Positions 26,279 through 36,053 are shown, numbered from the stretch's first letter. The stretch is DNA of 38,511 nt from Thermotogota bacterium (GCA_039679545.1 JBDKUT010000155.1:1-38511), one strand, 5' to 3'. A program made the numbers and translations. The notes: generated from the sequence alone by a model not told the origin.

Positions 26279-27091
26279 CTATCCCAGGGCGACGTCGAGA
26301 ACCATCATCACCGCGAATCCAAGCATCGCGCCGAACGTGGCGATGTGAGTGTTTTGCTCCCGTTGGGCCTCGGGAATCAGTTCCTCGACCACGACGTAGA
26401 TCATCGCGCCGGCGGCGAACCCAAGCGCGTACGGAAGCAGCGGCCGGGCGAGGACGACCGTTGCAGCGCCGAGCACGCCGGCGATCGGCTCGACGACCGC
26501 CGATAACTGTCCGTACCAGAAGCTCTTGAGCCGCCCGAGCCCCTCGCGTCGAAGCGGCACCGACACCGCGGCGCCCTCGGGGAAATTCTGGATTCCGATG
26601 CCGAGGGCGAGCGCGACCGCCCCGGCGAGCGACGCGCCCGGAAGGGCCGCGGTCAGGGCGCCGAACGCCACGCCCACCGCAAGGCCCTCCGGAATGTTGT
26701 GCAGCGTGATGGCGAGGACGAGAAGGACACTCCGGCGCCACGGCGTCTTCACGCCCTCCGCCTCCTCGATCGGAAAGCCGATGTGGAGGTGCGGGAGGAC
26801 CCGGTCGATGGCCCACAAGAACGCTCCTCCGGCGAGGAATCCGACGACCGGGGGGAGAAAACTCGGCAGGCCTGAGTTTGCGGAGAGCTCAATCGCCGGC
26901 GCGAGGAGCGACCAGAAGCTGGCAGCGATCATTACTCCGGCGGCGAACCCGAGCATCGCGTCGAGAACCCGCCGCTCGATCTCCCGGAAGCAGAAGACGA
27001 GAGACGCGCCGAGCGCCGTCACGAACCACGTGAAGAGCGTGGCGAGGAACGCCTGGAGCATCGGGGACATCTGGGAGAAGCCGTCGAGCAT
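26279..27091 (-). CDS. zupT: ZIP family divalent metal transporter (ZupT/GufA-like)
   Basis: Motifs: [55 protein letters not shown]. Confidence 0.93.
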   Translation of the reverse strand: MLDGFSQMSPMLQAFLATLFTWFVTALGASLVFCFREIERRVLDAMLGFAAGVMIAASFWSLLAPAIELSANSGLPSFLPPVVGFLAGGAFLWAIDRVLPHLHIGFPIEEAEGVKTPWRRSVLLVLAITLHNIPEGLAVGVAFGALTAALPGASLAGAVALALGIGIQNFPEGAAVSVPLRREGLGRLKSFWYGQLSAVVEPIAGVLGAATVVLARPLLPYALGFAAGAMIYVVVEELIPEAQREQNTHIATFGAMLGFAVMMVLDVALG

Positions 27092-27180
27092 GCAGCCTCC
27101 TCCCGCGCCAACTTGCGCGCGACGACCACCAGACTAGCGGGACGAGAGGAGTGTGTCGAGGAAGGGGTTCTGCGTGGCGA

Positions 27181-28698
27181 TCACGGAACAAGGTCCGTCC
27201 GTCCCGTCGTCCGGCGAGCGATGGAGAGAACTGCGAACGCGTACAGGGTGAAGGCCGCGAGCACGATGCCGAACGCAGCGTCGACTGCAACGGAGGTGAG
27301 CGGCAGCCGGCCGAGCGTCGTCACGATCCACGTCATTGCCGTGAGGAGCGCTCCGAACACACGTGCGAACAGGGAGAAGAGAGGCGTTGCCGAGAAGAAG
27401 ACGGTGACGACGCCGACCCAGAGGGCCAGCGTGGCCAAGGGAACAACCAGAAGATTCGCGAGAAGCCCGAGCGGGTACAGCATTCCGAACTGCCACGCGA
27501 GAAACGGCGCTGTCCCCGCTTGAGCGGCCAGCGAGACCGCCACAAGGTCAGACCCATACGCCGCGGCTCTCCGGAGAAGGTCGCGCCTCGGCGAGCGCTC
27601 GCCCGCCGATCTCGCGGGCTCGGAGGGGAGAGCGGCCCAAGCGAGGATCGCAGCCGTGGCGCCGAAGCTCAGCTGGAATCCGACATCGAAGAGAGCGGTC
27701 GGGCGGACGGCAAGGATCACGAGGCCTGCGGCCGCGAGCCCGTGGCTCAGACGAACCGAGCGGCGAAGAATGAAGCCAAGGTCGGCGAGAACGCTCCCGA
27801 GAGCAAGGAACCCGAACATGATGGCGGCGCGGACGAGGCTCACCGGGAGCCCCACCAGCCAGAGGATGGCGAGAACGCTCACTCCGACGAGGGGGTACGC
27901 CACGGCAGGACGCAAACCGACGAGACGAAGCACGAACCACACCCCGGCGAGGAGGATCGCGAGGTTCATTCCTGAGATGGCGAGGACGTGAGACAGTCCC
28001 GTGCGGCGAAACGCATCCGATACCTCGTCCGTGAGCGCGTTCGTCTCTCCGAAGAGAAGGCCGCGGGCGAGCGCGGCGTTCTCGGCGGAAAGAGCGCCGT
28101 CCAACCGGCGAAGCAGGCGGTCGCGAACGACGTTGCCCACTCGAAGGATGGAGCTTCCGCCCCGGCCCAGGCGCTCGACCCCTAAGCTCGTGTCTACGCT
28201 CATCACGGCGAAGACGCCTTGCTCCGCGAGGTAGGCGCGGTAGTCGAAGTCCTCGAACTGCGGTGGAGCCTTGACTGAGCCGTGCAGTCGGAGTCGGTCG
28301 CCGTAAAGCACGTTCCCCGGTGCGCCCTCGTCCCAAAAGAGCGTGACCCGAAGGCGTGCAGGGAGGTTATCGGGGCTGAACGTGAACGTGGACCTCCCCG
28401 TCTGCGAGTCGGGGTACGAGACGACGACTCCGGTGATCTCTTGGAGGGATGAAGCCCGATGGTAGAGGTCCTCGTACGACCGCTCGACGCTCTCGGTGCG
28501 GAGCGCGCCGAGGAGCGCGATGGAGATCCAGAGCCCGGCGAGAAAGGCGCGTCGGAACCGGGCCAGAAGTACGGACAGGAGGGCCGCTCCTGCGGCGAGG
28601 CCCCAGAGCATCCCGAAGCTAGGCGCTAAGGGCACAATCCGGTCAAGGAGAATCCCGGCCGCGAACGAGATCACGACCTGTAGAAGAGAAGGATTCAT
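27181..28698 (-). CDS. comEC: ComEC/Rec2 competence protein (DUF4131 and Competence domains; no C-terminal MBL domain)
   Basis: Motifs: FDYRAYL, FRRTGLSHVLAISGMN, SLVRAAIM, DVGFQLSF, LLANLLVVP. Confidence 0.9.
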   Translation of the reverse strand: MNPSLLQVVISFAAGILLDRIVPLAPSFGMLWGLAAGAALLSVLLARFRRAFLAGLWISIALLGALRTESVERSYEDLYHRASSLQEITGVVVSYPDSQTGRSTFTFSPDNLPARLRVTLFWDEGAPGNVLYGDRLRLHGSVKAPPQFEDFDYRAYLAEQGVFAVMSVDTSLGVERLGRGGSSILRVGNVVRDRLLRRLDGALSAENAALARGLLFGETNALTDEVSDAFRRTGLSHVLAISGMNLAILLAGVWFVLRLVGLRPAVAYPLVGVSVLAILWLVGLPVSLVRAAIMFGFLALGSVLADLGFILRRSVRLSHGLAAAGLVILAVRPTALFDVGFQLSFGATAAILAWAALPSEPARSAGERSPRRDLLRRAAAYGSDLVAVSLAAQAGTAPFLAWQFGMLYPLGLLANLLVVPLATLALWVGVVTVFFSATPLFSLFARVFGALLTAMTWIVTTLGRLPLTSVAVDAAFGIVLAAFTLYAFAVLSIARRTTGRTDLVP

Positions 28699-28897
28699 CT
28701 TGCCTTGGATGATATCCCTCTACCGTCAAGCCATCACGCCGTGCACCTCGCTACGCGGCATCGGCAAAGACCTCACAACCGTGCCACAGGCGTGCCGCCG
28801 TCCGGACACTGCCATCAGGCATGCTCGATGACGGATCGGGCGAACCGGAATCCGAAGGAAGGTTGGCCGCTCGCTCGACGCAACGGAGGGAATCGCC

Positions 28898-29494
28898 ATG
28901 AAAACGTGGAGACGTTCTTTGATCGTGACCGCGATGGCGGCCAGCTTCTCTCTTCTGATCGCATTCGCTGTCGGGGCGCAGCCGCAGATAGGTTCTTCCC
29001 CGCCGCGGACCGGCACGGAGGATCCATCAGCTCTTCTTCTTGGGATTGTCCGGCTGCAGGGAACCACGGATGCCGTGTCGCTGCAGCAGGCTGCTCAGCT
29101 GCTCGCTCTTGTACAGGCCTGGCGCATGCAGATGGTGCAGCCGCCTGCGATTCCGGCTGGGTCGCAGCCGGGGCAAGGGCCGGCTCAGCAACCGTCGCCG
29201 GAGACGTCGCTCTTGGACGGGATCCGAGCCGTCCTGACCCCCACGCAGTGGCAGGCCATCGTCGTCATGAACCTCAGTGCCAATGACGTGATGCAGTGGA
29301 TGGGTCTGCCGGCCTCCGGGGACCCGCCGCCTCCCCCGGGAGTAGGCTCGCAGGCACAGCCTCCCGCGAATCCCCCAGCTGGAAACCCGCTCGGAGCGCC
29401 TCCGCCGCCCGGCGGCGCACAGCAGGAGACCCCGAGGGTGCAGTTCGCCGACGCGGTCATCGCTCTCCTGACCTCGTGGATTGTGGGGTCATAG
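28898..29494 (+). CDS. Hypothetical exported Pro/Gln-rich protein
   Basis: GGAGG RBS; signal peptide MKTWRRSLIVTAMAASFSLLIAFAVGA; helical segments (QQAAQLL, VLTPTQWQAI) separated by P/G/Q-rich linkers. Confidence 0.65.
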   Translation: MKTWRRSLIVTAMAASFSLLIAFAVGAQPQIGSSPPRTGTEDPSALLLGIVRLQGTTDAVSLQQAAQLLALVQAWRMQMVQPPAIPAGSQPGQGPAQQPSPETSLLDGIRAVLTPTQWQAIVVMNLSANDVMQWMGLPASGDPPPPPGVGSQAQPPANPPAGNPLGAPPPPGGAQQETPRVQFADAVIALLTSWIVGS

Positions 29495-29954
29495 CCGCTG
29501 CACGAGAGTGTCTTGTCTTACCGAGGACGCACAGTCCCGTCGGAGAGCCGCAGCGCTCTCTTTGCGAGGTGACGAGGGGGCGAGTACGGACTTGCAGGAG
29601 CGTCCGCGATGAATCGCTCGGGCGCTTCGGGGTAGACACCTTCTTCTACGCTCTCCACGAGAGACCTGGAGGGAAGCCGTGTTGAGGCCGCTCCTGGGTA
29701 GCCATGGGAAAGTAGGCCTGCTTCTGCGGGGTGAGTCGAGACTATCTCGAAGCGCTCTTGTTGCTGGCCTTTCGAACGGCGAGCTCCTGTGGGCGCCAAT
29801 GCTAGCCGGCGCGACGCCGTGTCCGAGGATTGGGTCGGGGAACCACCGGATTGCATGAGGAGCGCCACCAAGGACTCGCTCTACGCACAGGCCGTACCGT
29901 CTCAACGCTCAGGCTCACGCCAAGGATACCCCATGCACTCAGCTCAACCTCTCC

Positions 29955-29982
29955 TTGACGCCGGTTGCCGTTCTGCTATGCT
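29955..29982 (+). promoter_or_regulatory. Sigma70-like promoter upstream of the C10 peptidase
   Basis: TTGACG-16 nt-TATGCT with an extended -10 TG. Confidence 0.55.
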
Positions 29983-30026
29983 TTTCATCATGCACGACGT
30001 TGCTAGCTTGACGGGGAGGATGTGAG

Positions 30027-30800
30027 GTGAAACGCACAGATCAAGGCACGCACGCGCTGTTTGTCCTGCTGGTAGCTGCCCTCGCCGTCACCGCGGCGGC
30101 ATCGTGGATGACGGGAAGGGGCGAGGCGGCGCCATCGTTCCCACTCCTTGCGACACACTGGGGACAAACGGGGGTGTATGCAAGATTCACGCCCGGCAAC
30201 GAGCGTGCAGGATGCTGGTCAACCGCCCTTGCCCAAATCCTCTACTACCACCGGCTGCAGCCATCAGGGTCGGTGAGCTATCGGTGTTCGGATGGGACTG
30301 TCGTTTCGGAGAACGTTGGAGCCCAGGCGTTCAACTGGAACCTCTTTGTCAACGACATCAACGCGACGACCTCGGAGCCTGCTGCAGATGAAGTAGCACG
30401 GTACATATACTACGTCTCCGTTGTCATTGAGAAGGACTTCGGGACAGGGGATTACGTGCTAGCCCACTCCGACCGCGCTCGGGCGCTCTCCCGATACTTT
30501 GACTGTCGGGCGAAGCTCTACACGAACGAGTCCAGCTCCATGGGGCAGATCGTGAACGTCATCAAGGCCGAGCTCGACGCTGGGCGTCCCGTCATGATGC
30601 ACCTGCGCGACCGGGCGCGGTCGAACTTCCACGCCGTTGCCGTTGACGGCTACCGTTCCACGGGCGGCAACCTCGAGGTCCACGTCAACATGGGCCATGA
30701 GGGAGAAGGCGATGGCTGGTACCTGTTTGGGGGCACGATTGGTGGCTACGACGACAACTCCTACCGTAGAGTGATGACGGTCGCTCGCGGAGGCGGATAG
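30027..30800 (+). CDS. Peptidase C10 (streptopain-like cysteine protease), exported
   Basis: Signal peptide; motifs PLLATHWGQ, catalytic AGCWSTALAQILYYH, ELDAGRPV, catalytic HAVAVDGY, HVNMG..G..DGWY. Confidence 0.85.
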   Translation: MKRTDQGTHALFVLLVAALAVTAAASWMTGRGEAAPSFPLLATHWGQTGVYARFTPGNERAGCWSTALAQILYYHRLQPSGSVSYRCSDGTVVSENVGAQAFNWNLFVNDINATTSEPAADEVARYIYYVSVVIEKDFGTGDYVLAHSDRARALSRYFDCRAKLYTNESSSMGQIVNVIKAELDAGRPVMMHLRDRARSNFHAVAVDGYRSTGGNLEVHVNMGHEGEGDGWYLFGGTIGGYDDNSYRRVMTVARGGG

Positions 30801-30848
30801 GACATCCCGCTTCGGCATGGCAGGGAAGACGCGCAATGAGGCTCTATC

Positions 30849-31472
30849 TCAGCTTTCGTACGGTCGGGCGTACAGGCTGCGGGTCGCGTGGTACTTCCTC
30901 GCGGCGCGGCGCCACATGAAGTTCCCGCCGAGCCGGTAGAGCCACGCAGGCATAGGCTTCGGGAGCACGGGCTCCGGGACCGGCTTCCCTGCGGCGATCG
31001 CCTCTCCGACGGGGACAAGCACGCCACTCACATCCTTGCCGTAACCGCCGGCGCCACCCAGAGCGACCGCGCCGAGCCACGTCCATCCGGCTTCGACGGC
31101 GAAGCGCTCCGCAATGGCGAGGGCGGTCGCATTCTGCTCCTTCTCAGGGAAGCCGCACTGGATGAGGACGAAGAGTCGAACTCGGCCGGCTCCGGGGCGG
31201 CGCTCGGCGACCCGTTCAAGCAGGGCAATGACCGGGGCGGGGAACGAGTCGACATAGAGCGGGAGCGAGAGGATGACCGTGTCGACCGCACCGACCATCG
31301 CAAGGGCTGACTCGAGTTCCTTCGCTGACGCCACGGCGGCGTGAGCGTGGAGCTTCTCCGTCAGGAAGCCGTGCTCCTTCAACACGTCGAGAACCCGACT
31401 TCCCAAGCGATCCGATGTGCTGTGGCCGATGCCCCGGGGGCTCCCGACGAGCAGCAAGGCTCTTCGTTCCAT
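30849..31472 (-). CDS. Flavodoxin-like NAD(P)H-dependent oxidoreductase
   Basis: Motifs: LLVGSPRG, LPLYVDSFP, QCGFPE. The start overlaps the upstream stop (TGATG). Confidence 0.8.
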   Translation of the reverse strand: MERRALLLVGSPRGIGHSTSDRLGSRVLDVLKEHGFLTEKLHAHAAVASAKELESALAMVGAVDTVILSLPLYVDSFPAPVIALLERVAERRPGAGRVRLFVLIQCGFPEKEQNATALAIAERFAVEAGWTWLGAVALGGAGGYGKDVSGVLVPVGEAIAAGKPVPEPVLPKPMPAWLYRLGGNFMWRRAARKYHATRSLYARPYES

Positions 31473-32023
31473 CACGCCACCGCCTTCACGAGAGCACACG
31501 CTGTGGCTCTGAGATCCGACTGGGGAGTGGCCACGGCTGCCGCGGTGCGCGGTGTGCGCAGGTTGAGACCGTTGTGTTCGACCAGAGTTTTGAAGATGTT
31601 CTCGGCTTCTCGGTCAGGACGCGGAAGGATCCCGAGCCCGATCAAGCGTGGCGACGTTCGATAGCGCCGCCTGTGGTGCGTCTCGCCGTTCACTCGCGCG
31701 AAGAATGGCAAGATGTTGGGGATCATTCGATCGACCGCCTTCTTCAGCTCCGAGGACACGCCGCCGAACGTTACCGGCGTCAGATAGACGAGCAGGTCAC
31801 AGCGCGCGGCCTCCTTTGCGACGTGGCGTCCCGCGTCGTCGATGACGCACTCTCCCGCCGTCGTGACCCAGCAGCCGAAACAGCCGCGGCACGGGGCGAT
31901 CGTCCTCTCACGTAGAGGGACGACTTCGGTCGTGTACCCGGCTTCCGCTAGAGCTTCTTGGAGCGCGGCGAGGGCGTTGCGGCACTCCTCGCCTCGGGAC
32001 CCGTCAAGCACGAGCGCGTTCAT
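31472..32023 (-). CDS. Flavodoxin family / iron-sulfur flavoprotein-like protein
   Basis: Motifs: LDGS, the Cys cluster PCRGCFGCWVTTAGECVIDD, TPVTFGGVSSELKKAVDR. Confidence 0.85.
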   Translation of the reverse strand: MNALVLDGSRGEECRNALAALQEALAEAGYTTEVVPLRERTIAPCRGCFGCWVTTAGECVIDDAGRHVAKEAARCDLLVYLTPVTFGGVSSELKKAVDRMIPNILPFFARVNGETHHRRRYRTSPRLIGLGILPRPDREAENIFKTLVEHNGLNLRTPRTAAAVATPQSDLRATACALVKAVA

Positions 32024-32074
32024 GATGTGACATCCTACCGTGACCTCAAGGCTGTGCCAACGCAGACACGTCGG

Positions 32075-33121
32075 TTACGGGAGTCCCCACAGGCGGATCG
32101 ATCCTTTGCCGGTTCTCAGCTCGTAGCCGCCGCTGCCGGCTGCGATCCGAGTCCCGTCGGGAGAGAAGGCGACAGACCAGACGTCAAGACCGCTGCTTGA
32201 CAGCGTTGCCAGGGGGCTGCCGGTCGCGGGATCCCACAAAAGGAGCTTTCCTCCCGCCCCCGATGTGGCCAGGATGGAGCCGTCGGGGGACCAGGATACG
32301 CCCCGCGCCCAGGAGCGCCCCACCTGAAGGCTTCGCACCTCAGCTTGGGTTGCGGGGTCCCAGAGACGCACGAAGCCGTCCTGGCCGGCGGCCGCGATCC
32401 ATTGCCCGTCGGGTGACCACGCGACGCCGTTAATGTCATTCCGCGCGCGCGTTGCAGCTCGCATCGTAGCGAGCGCGGCACCGGTCGTCGGATCCCAGAC
32501 GCGAAGCGCGTAGTCGAGTCCGCCCGAGGCGAGGCGTGCTCCGTCCGGGGACCACGCGATCGCGATGACCTCGGTCGAAAGACCTCCCTCCACGTGACCG
32601 GGCCACTGGAGGAGGATGTGGAGATCCATGGAGTCGAGGACGGCGATCGTCCCGTCGCCCTCGCCGACGGCAATGCGTGTTCCGTCAGGCGACCAGGCTG
32701 CGCAATGGGTGCACAGTGCGGGAAGCTCGAGCTCGACAAGCTTGTCTCCCGTCGCGGCGTTCCATACACGGACCATACTGCCGCAGCGCACGGAGACAAG
32801 GCGCGTCCCGTCCGGCGACCACGCCACACCCCAGCGGCTCACGTTGCCTTGCTCGAGCGTGAGGAGAGCTAGTGCAGTCTCCGAATCCCAAACGCGGACG
32901 GTTCCGTCCGAGCTGGCCGAGGCAAGGCGTGTTCCGTCGGGCGACCAGGCAATTGAGTAGACGGCGCCTTGGTGGCCTACCAGCTGAGCCAACTCCACGA
33001 CTTGGCTCACTTGCTCAAGGCGAATCGGGGACGGAGCGTCGGCAGAAACGCACGACAGTCCCGACACCAGGACGACGAGGAGGGCGGACCTACACGCAAC
33101 ACGACAGGACCTTGGATCCAT
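32075..33121 (-). CDS. WD40-repeat (about 7-bladed beta-propeller) exported protein
   Basis: Seven (W/F)SPDG repeats with VWD/LWD ends; N-terminal hydrophobic signal; AAGGAGG precedes the ATG at 33121. Confidence 0.9.
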   Translation of the reverse strand: MDPRSCRVACRSALLVVLVSGLSCVSADAPSPIRLEQVSQVVELAQLVGHQGAVYSIAWSPDGTRLASASSDGTVRVWDSETALALLTLEQGNVSRWGVAWSPDGTRLVSVRCGSMVRVWNAATGDKLVELELPALCTHCAAWSPDGTRIAVGEGDGTIAVLDSMDLHILLQWPGHVEGGLSTEVIAIAWSPDGARLASGGLDYALRVWDPTTGAALATMRAATRARNDINGVAWSPDGQWIAAAGQDGFVRLWDPATQAEVRSLQVGRSWARGVSWSPDGSILATSGAGGKLLLWDPATGSPLATLSSSGLDVWSVAFSPDGTRIAAGSGGYELRTGKGSIRLWGLP

Positions 33122-33376
33122 AGGCCTCCTTCGACTCCTCAAGGAGTCACCGTACTCTTGCCGCGGCTGCAAAGCGCTCCGCACGAAGAGGCCACGCCCG
33201 TCCCATCGCAGCGGTGAAGTTCTACTCGGACGCTCTCTGCTGCGCAAGATGGCCCTGCCTATCGGTGACCCTCATTCCGCGTGCTGTCCAGTGCGTTGGC
33301 TGGCTGCTTGTTGCAGCCCCGGAATCTGCGGCGGAGAATGCCTAGCCGAGCTTACGTGAGGTCGAGCGAATTGACG

Positions 33377-34312
33377 ATGACGCTCCAGATGAGGCACTAC
33401 CACGACGACTCAGACTACTGGCGAGTCCGCGACTTCCTGCGGGACCTGTTTCGGGAAGACGGCCGGCCGGGCGGAAACTGGCACGTCGCCCTGTTCGACT
33501 ATTGGCGCTGGCACTGGCTGGAGAATGTCGTCGAGCGAGCGCCCGACGAGCTATGCCTCTGGGAGACGGACGGCGGGGCGTTGGTCTCGGTTCTCAATCA
33601 GGGCGATCCTGGGGTCTGTCACCTGCACGTCGATTCGACTCATCGCAGCGAGGCCCTTGAGGACGAGATGATCGCTGTTGCCGAGCGCGAGTTCGCCGCA
33701 CCCAGTCAGAGGGGCGGCCGCGTGGTCTGCGTATGGTCGATGGAAGACGACGAGCTTCGGGATCGCGTCCTCACGCAGCGCGGCTACACGACGTTCGAGA
33801 GCGAGCACTCGACCGAGCACCACGGTCGGCGATCGCTGGCCGACTCGATTCCTCTAGCGCCCCTGCCGGAGGGGTTCGCCCTTCGTTCAATGGGTGACGT
33901 CGACGAGCATCCTCGACGTAGCCTCTGCTCGTGGCGGTCATTCCACGCGGGCGAGCCGGAAGACGGGTGCGATCGGACGGGCTCGTGGTACCGAAGCCTT
34001 CAGCGAGCCCCGCTCTACCGCCGCGACCTGGACGTCGTCGCCGTCGCGCCGAACGGGGACCTCGCATCGTTCGCGGTGTGCTACTTCGACGATGCCTCGC
34101 GCACCGGCGTGTTCGTCCTCGACGGTACGGCGCACCAGTACCAGCGGCGTGGACTCGGGAAGGCCGTGATGACCGAAGCGCTTCGTCGACTGCGAGACCG
34201 AGGAGCGACGACCGCGTACGTGTCGTGGTATGAAGCCCCGGCGGGTGCGCTGTACGAGTCGGTGGGCTTCGTCGACGAGCGGCGCGGTCGCGCCTGGCGG
34301 CGACGCCTCTAG
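33377..34312 (+). CDS. GNAT acetyltransferase (two-domain)
   Basis: C-terminal GTAHQYQRRGLGKAVM..ALYESVGF; the start codon is approximate. Confidence 0.85.
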   Translation: MTLQMRHYHDDSDYWRVRDFLRDLFREDGRPGGNWHVALFDYWRWHWLENVVERAPDELCLWETDGGALVSVLNQGDPGVCHLHVDSTHRSEALEDEMIAVAEREFAAPSQRGGRVVCVWSMEDDELRDRVLTQRGYTTFESEHSTEHHGRRSLADSIPLAPLPEGFALRSMGDVDEHPRRSLCSWRSFHAGEPEDGCDRTGSWYRSLQRAPLYRRDLDVVAVAPNGDLASFAVCYFDDASRTGVFVLDGTAHQYQRRGLGKAVMTEALRRLRDRGATTAYVSWYEAPAGALYESVGFVDERRGRAWRRRL

Positions 34313-34329
34313 CCGGGGCGTTGGGCCGC

Positions 34330-35118
34330 CTACCGCAGCCGGCGAACGGCCTTCTCGATCCGCTTCTTCAGTTTCTCGTAGGACAAGGGTGGGCCGTTAC
34401 GCACCTCGCGGCTGTCGATGTAGATCGCATCGAGGATCCCCCACTCTCGCGCCTTCGACATGTCCTTCGTGTCGATGACGCGGTGAACGACCGGGCTTCC
34501 GATCTCGGCGCACGCTCTGCGTGCCCGCTCGTGCCCCACGTTCCCAGCGCGGCACTGACCGTGAAGGAAGCTCGTAACGGTGACCTGGCCTGGGATTCGC
34601 TCGGGCGTCTTCTTCGGGCGCACGAAGCGCGGCGAGGGCGCGTCGGAGGAGAAGGGCTTCCACATCAGCGCGGCCATTCCTGAGCGGTCGGCCCTCCGGT
34701 ATCCGTGCTTGCGGAACCACGACGCCTTCATCCAGAAGGGAAAGACCAAGCCCCACGCCGCGAGTCCCGTCGCTCCGAGGCTCTTCGCGTCCGCCTCGGC
34801 AGCCTCGAGAAGTGCTGTGCCGACGCCTTTCCCCTGGTGGTTGCCGCGATCGTCGTTGAATCGGACGACCCAGATGCAGTAAATGAAGTAGGCGCCGGGT
34901 GATCCATCGAGGAGCGTTTCGCCCGCGGGCACGTACTGGATCATTCCGACCGGGACCTCCTGGTCGGTGACGGCGAGCTTGGCGCGCAGACCGCGGCTCT
35001 TCATCACGTGAATCCATTCGGCTCGCAGGCTCCCCGCTTCTCTCGCTTCCGGCAACCGGTCTTCCAGACACGATGCGAAGATCGACTCGTACTCCGGCGA
35101 AAGGTCGACAATGCGCAT
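34330..35118 (-). CDS. GNAT acetyltransferase, YoaP-like
   Basis: Motifs: VGMIQYVP, YFIYCIWV, HQGKGVGTALL, SWFRKHGY; thioredoxin-like C-terminus ending GPP. AAGGAGG precedes the ATG at 35118. Confidence 0.85.
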   Translation of the reverse strand: MRIVDLSPEYESIFASCLEDRLPEAREAGSLRAEWIHVMKSRGLRAKLAVTDQEVPVGMIQYVPAGETLLDGSPGAYFIYCIWVVRFNDDRGNHQGKGVGTALLEAAEADAKSLGATGLAAWGLVFPFWMKASWFRKHGYRRADRSGMAALMWKPFSSDAPSPRFVRPKKTPERIPGQVTVTSFLHGQCRAGNVGHERARRACAEIGSPVVHRVIDTKDMSKAREWGILDAIYIDSREVRNGPPLSYEKLKKRIEKAVRRLR

Positions 35119-35464
35119 GTTCTGCCCCTCCTTGGCCGTTCTGTGGTGCTCGGATGGCGCACTTCCGCTCGCCGGCAGTGTAGCGCGTTGGGTGCAACGG
35201 ACGCGAAAGCCAGCGCATCGCAGCGGCGCCTGGAAGATTGAGCGGGGCGCCTTCGAGGGACTTCCTACCGCGAGTGCGCCGAACATGCGGGCGCCATCGG
35301 AGAGGACTGCTTGTCGTTGGGTCGGCCGAGTCTGCCGGCCGGCGAAAGATGCTTGCAGAAGCGGTTCTCGGATCTCGGCGCCCCAGGGGGCTTGCCTGCC
35401 GGGAGAGGACGTGGCGGGAGGAGAAGGGTGAAGCAAGCGGATAGCCCTAGCCCGTGGCGATCCT

Positions 35465-35662
35465 CTAGTGTCTTCGCCCCTTGGGCCTTCCTTGGTACGG
35501 TCTCTTCTTGGTGGAGGTTCGCTTCGGGTTGCAGTCGGGGCAGTAGACGGGACGAGCTGAGCTCAGCGGCTCGAAGGGGAGTTCCTCCACCGGCTTGCCG
35601 CATTCGACACACTTCAGGTTGTAGACGCGGACGTCGTACATCTTTCGGCCTGTTGCGGCCAT
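35465..35662 (-). CDS. Small zinc-ribbon protein (CxxC-x17-CxxC-like) with a basic tail
   Basis: KCVECGK..LPFEP..RPVYCPDC; GGGAGG RBS. Confidence 0.85.
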   Translation of the reverse strand: MAATGRKMYDVRVYNLKCVECGKPVEELPFEPLSSARPVYCPDCNPKRTSTKKRPYQGRPKGRRH

Positions 35663-36053
35663 GGGCCTCCCTTCAGAACCTCGGTGCATGTCTGAGCAAC
35701 CCGCGCGATGCCGGACGCCTGCGCGTCGCCCAGCCCGATTCTACGCGAAGCCGGATTCCCGGTCTTTTTCTAGAAACTTGAACCTTGGGTCGCAGTTCCT
35801 GCGGCCCTCGGAGGCATTGCGATCGACGTGCTCGCTGCACGAACGCGCCCGCATGACGCGACAAGCGCAGAGAACAAGCTTTCGGTCTCGTGTTTGCCCC
35901 GGAGCCTCGGAGACGCAACGGCAGAAGATCCAACGGCAACGAGCAAGCGTAGCGTGGGCTCGCCGAGAACACAAGAATGCACGTCGGGGATCTGCGGGGC
36001 GAAGAGCTGGATCGGTGGGGCGCCGCCCGGCGCCCGACGCAGCGGGGGCTTCC

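Noticed and set aside
35865..35902. c-di-GMP-I riboswitch-like GGGCAAAC...GAAA stem on the minus strand
   Set aside because: The downstream conserved GACGCAAAG and second stem are absent
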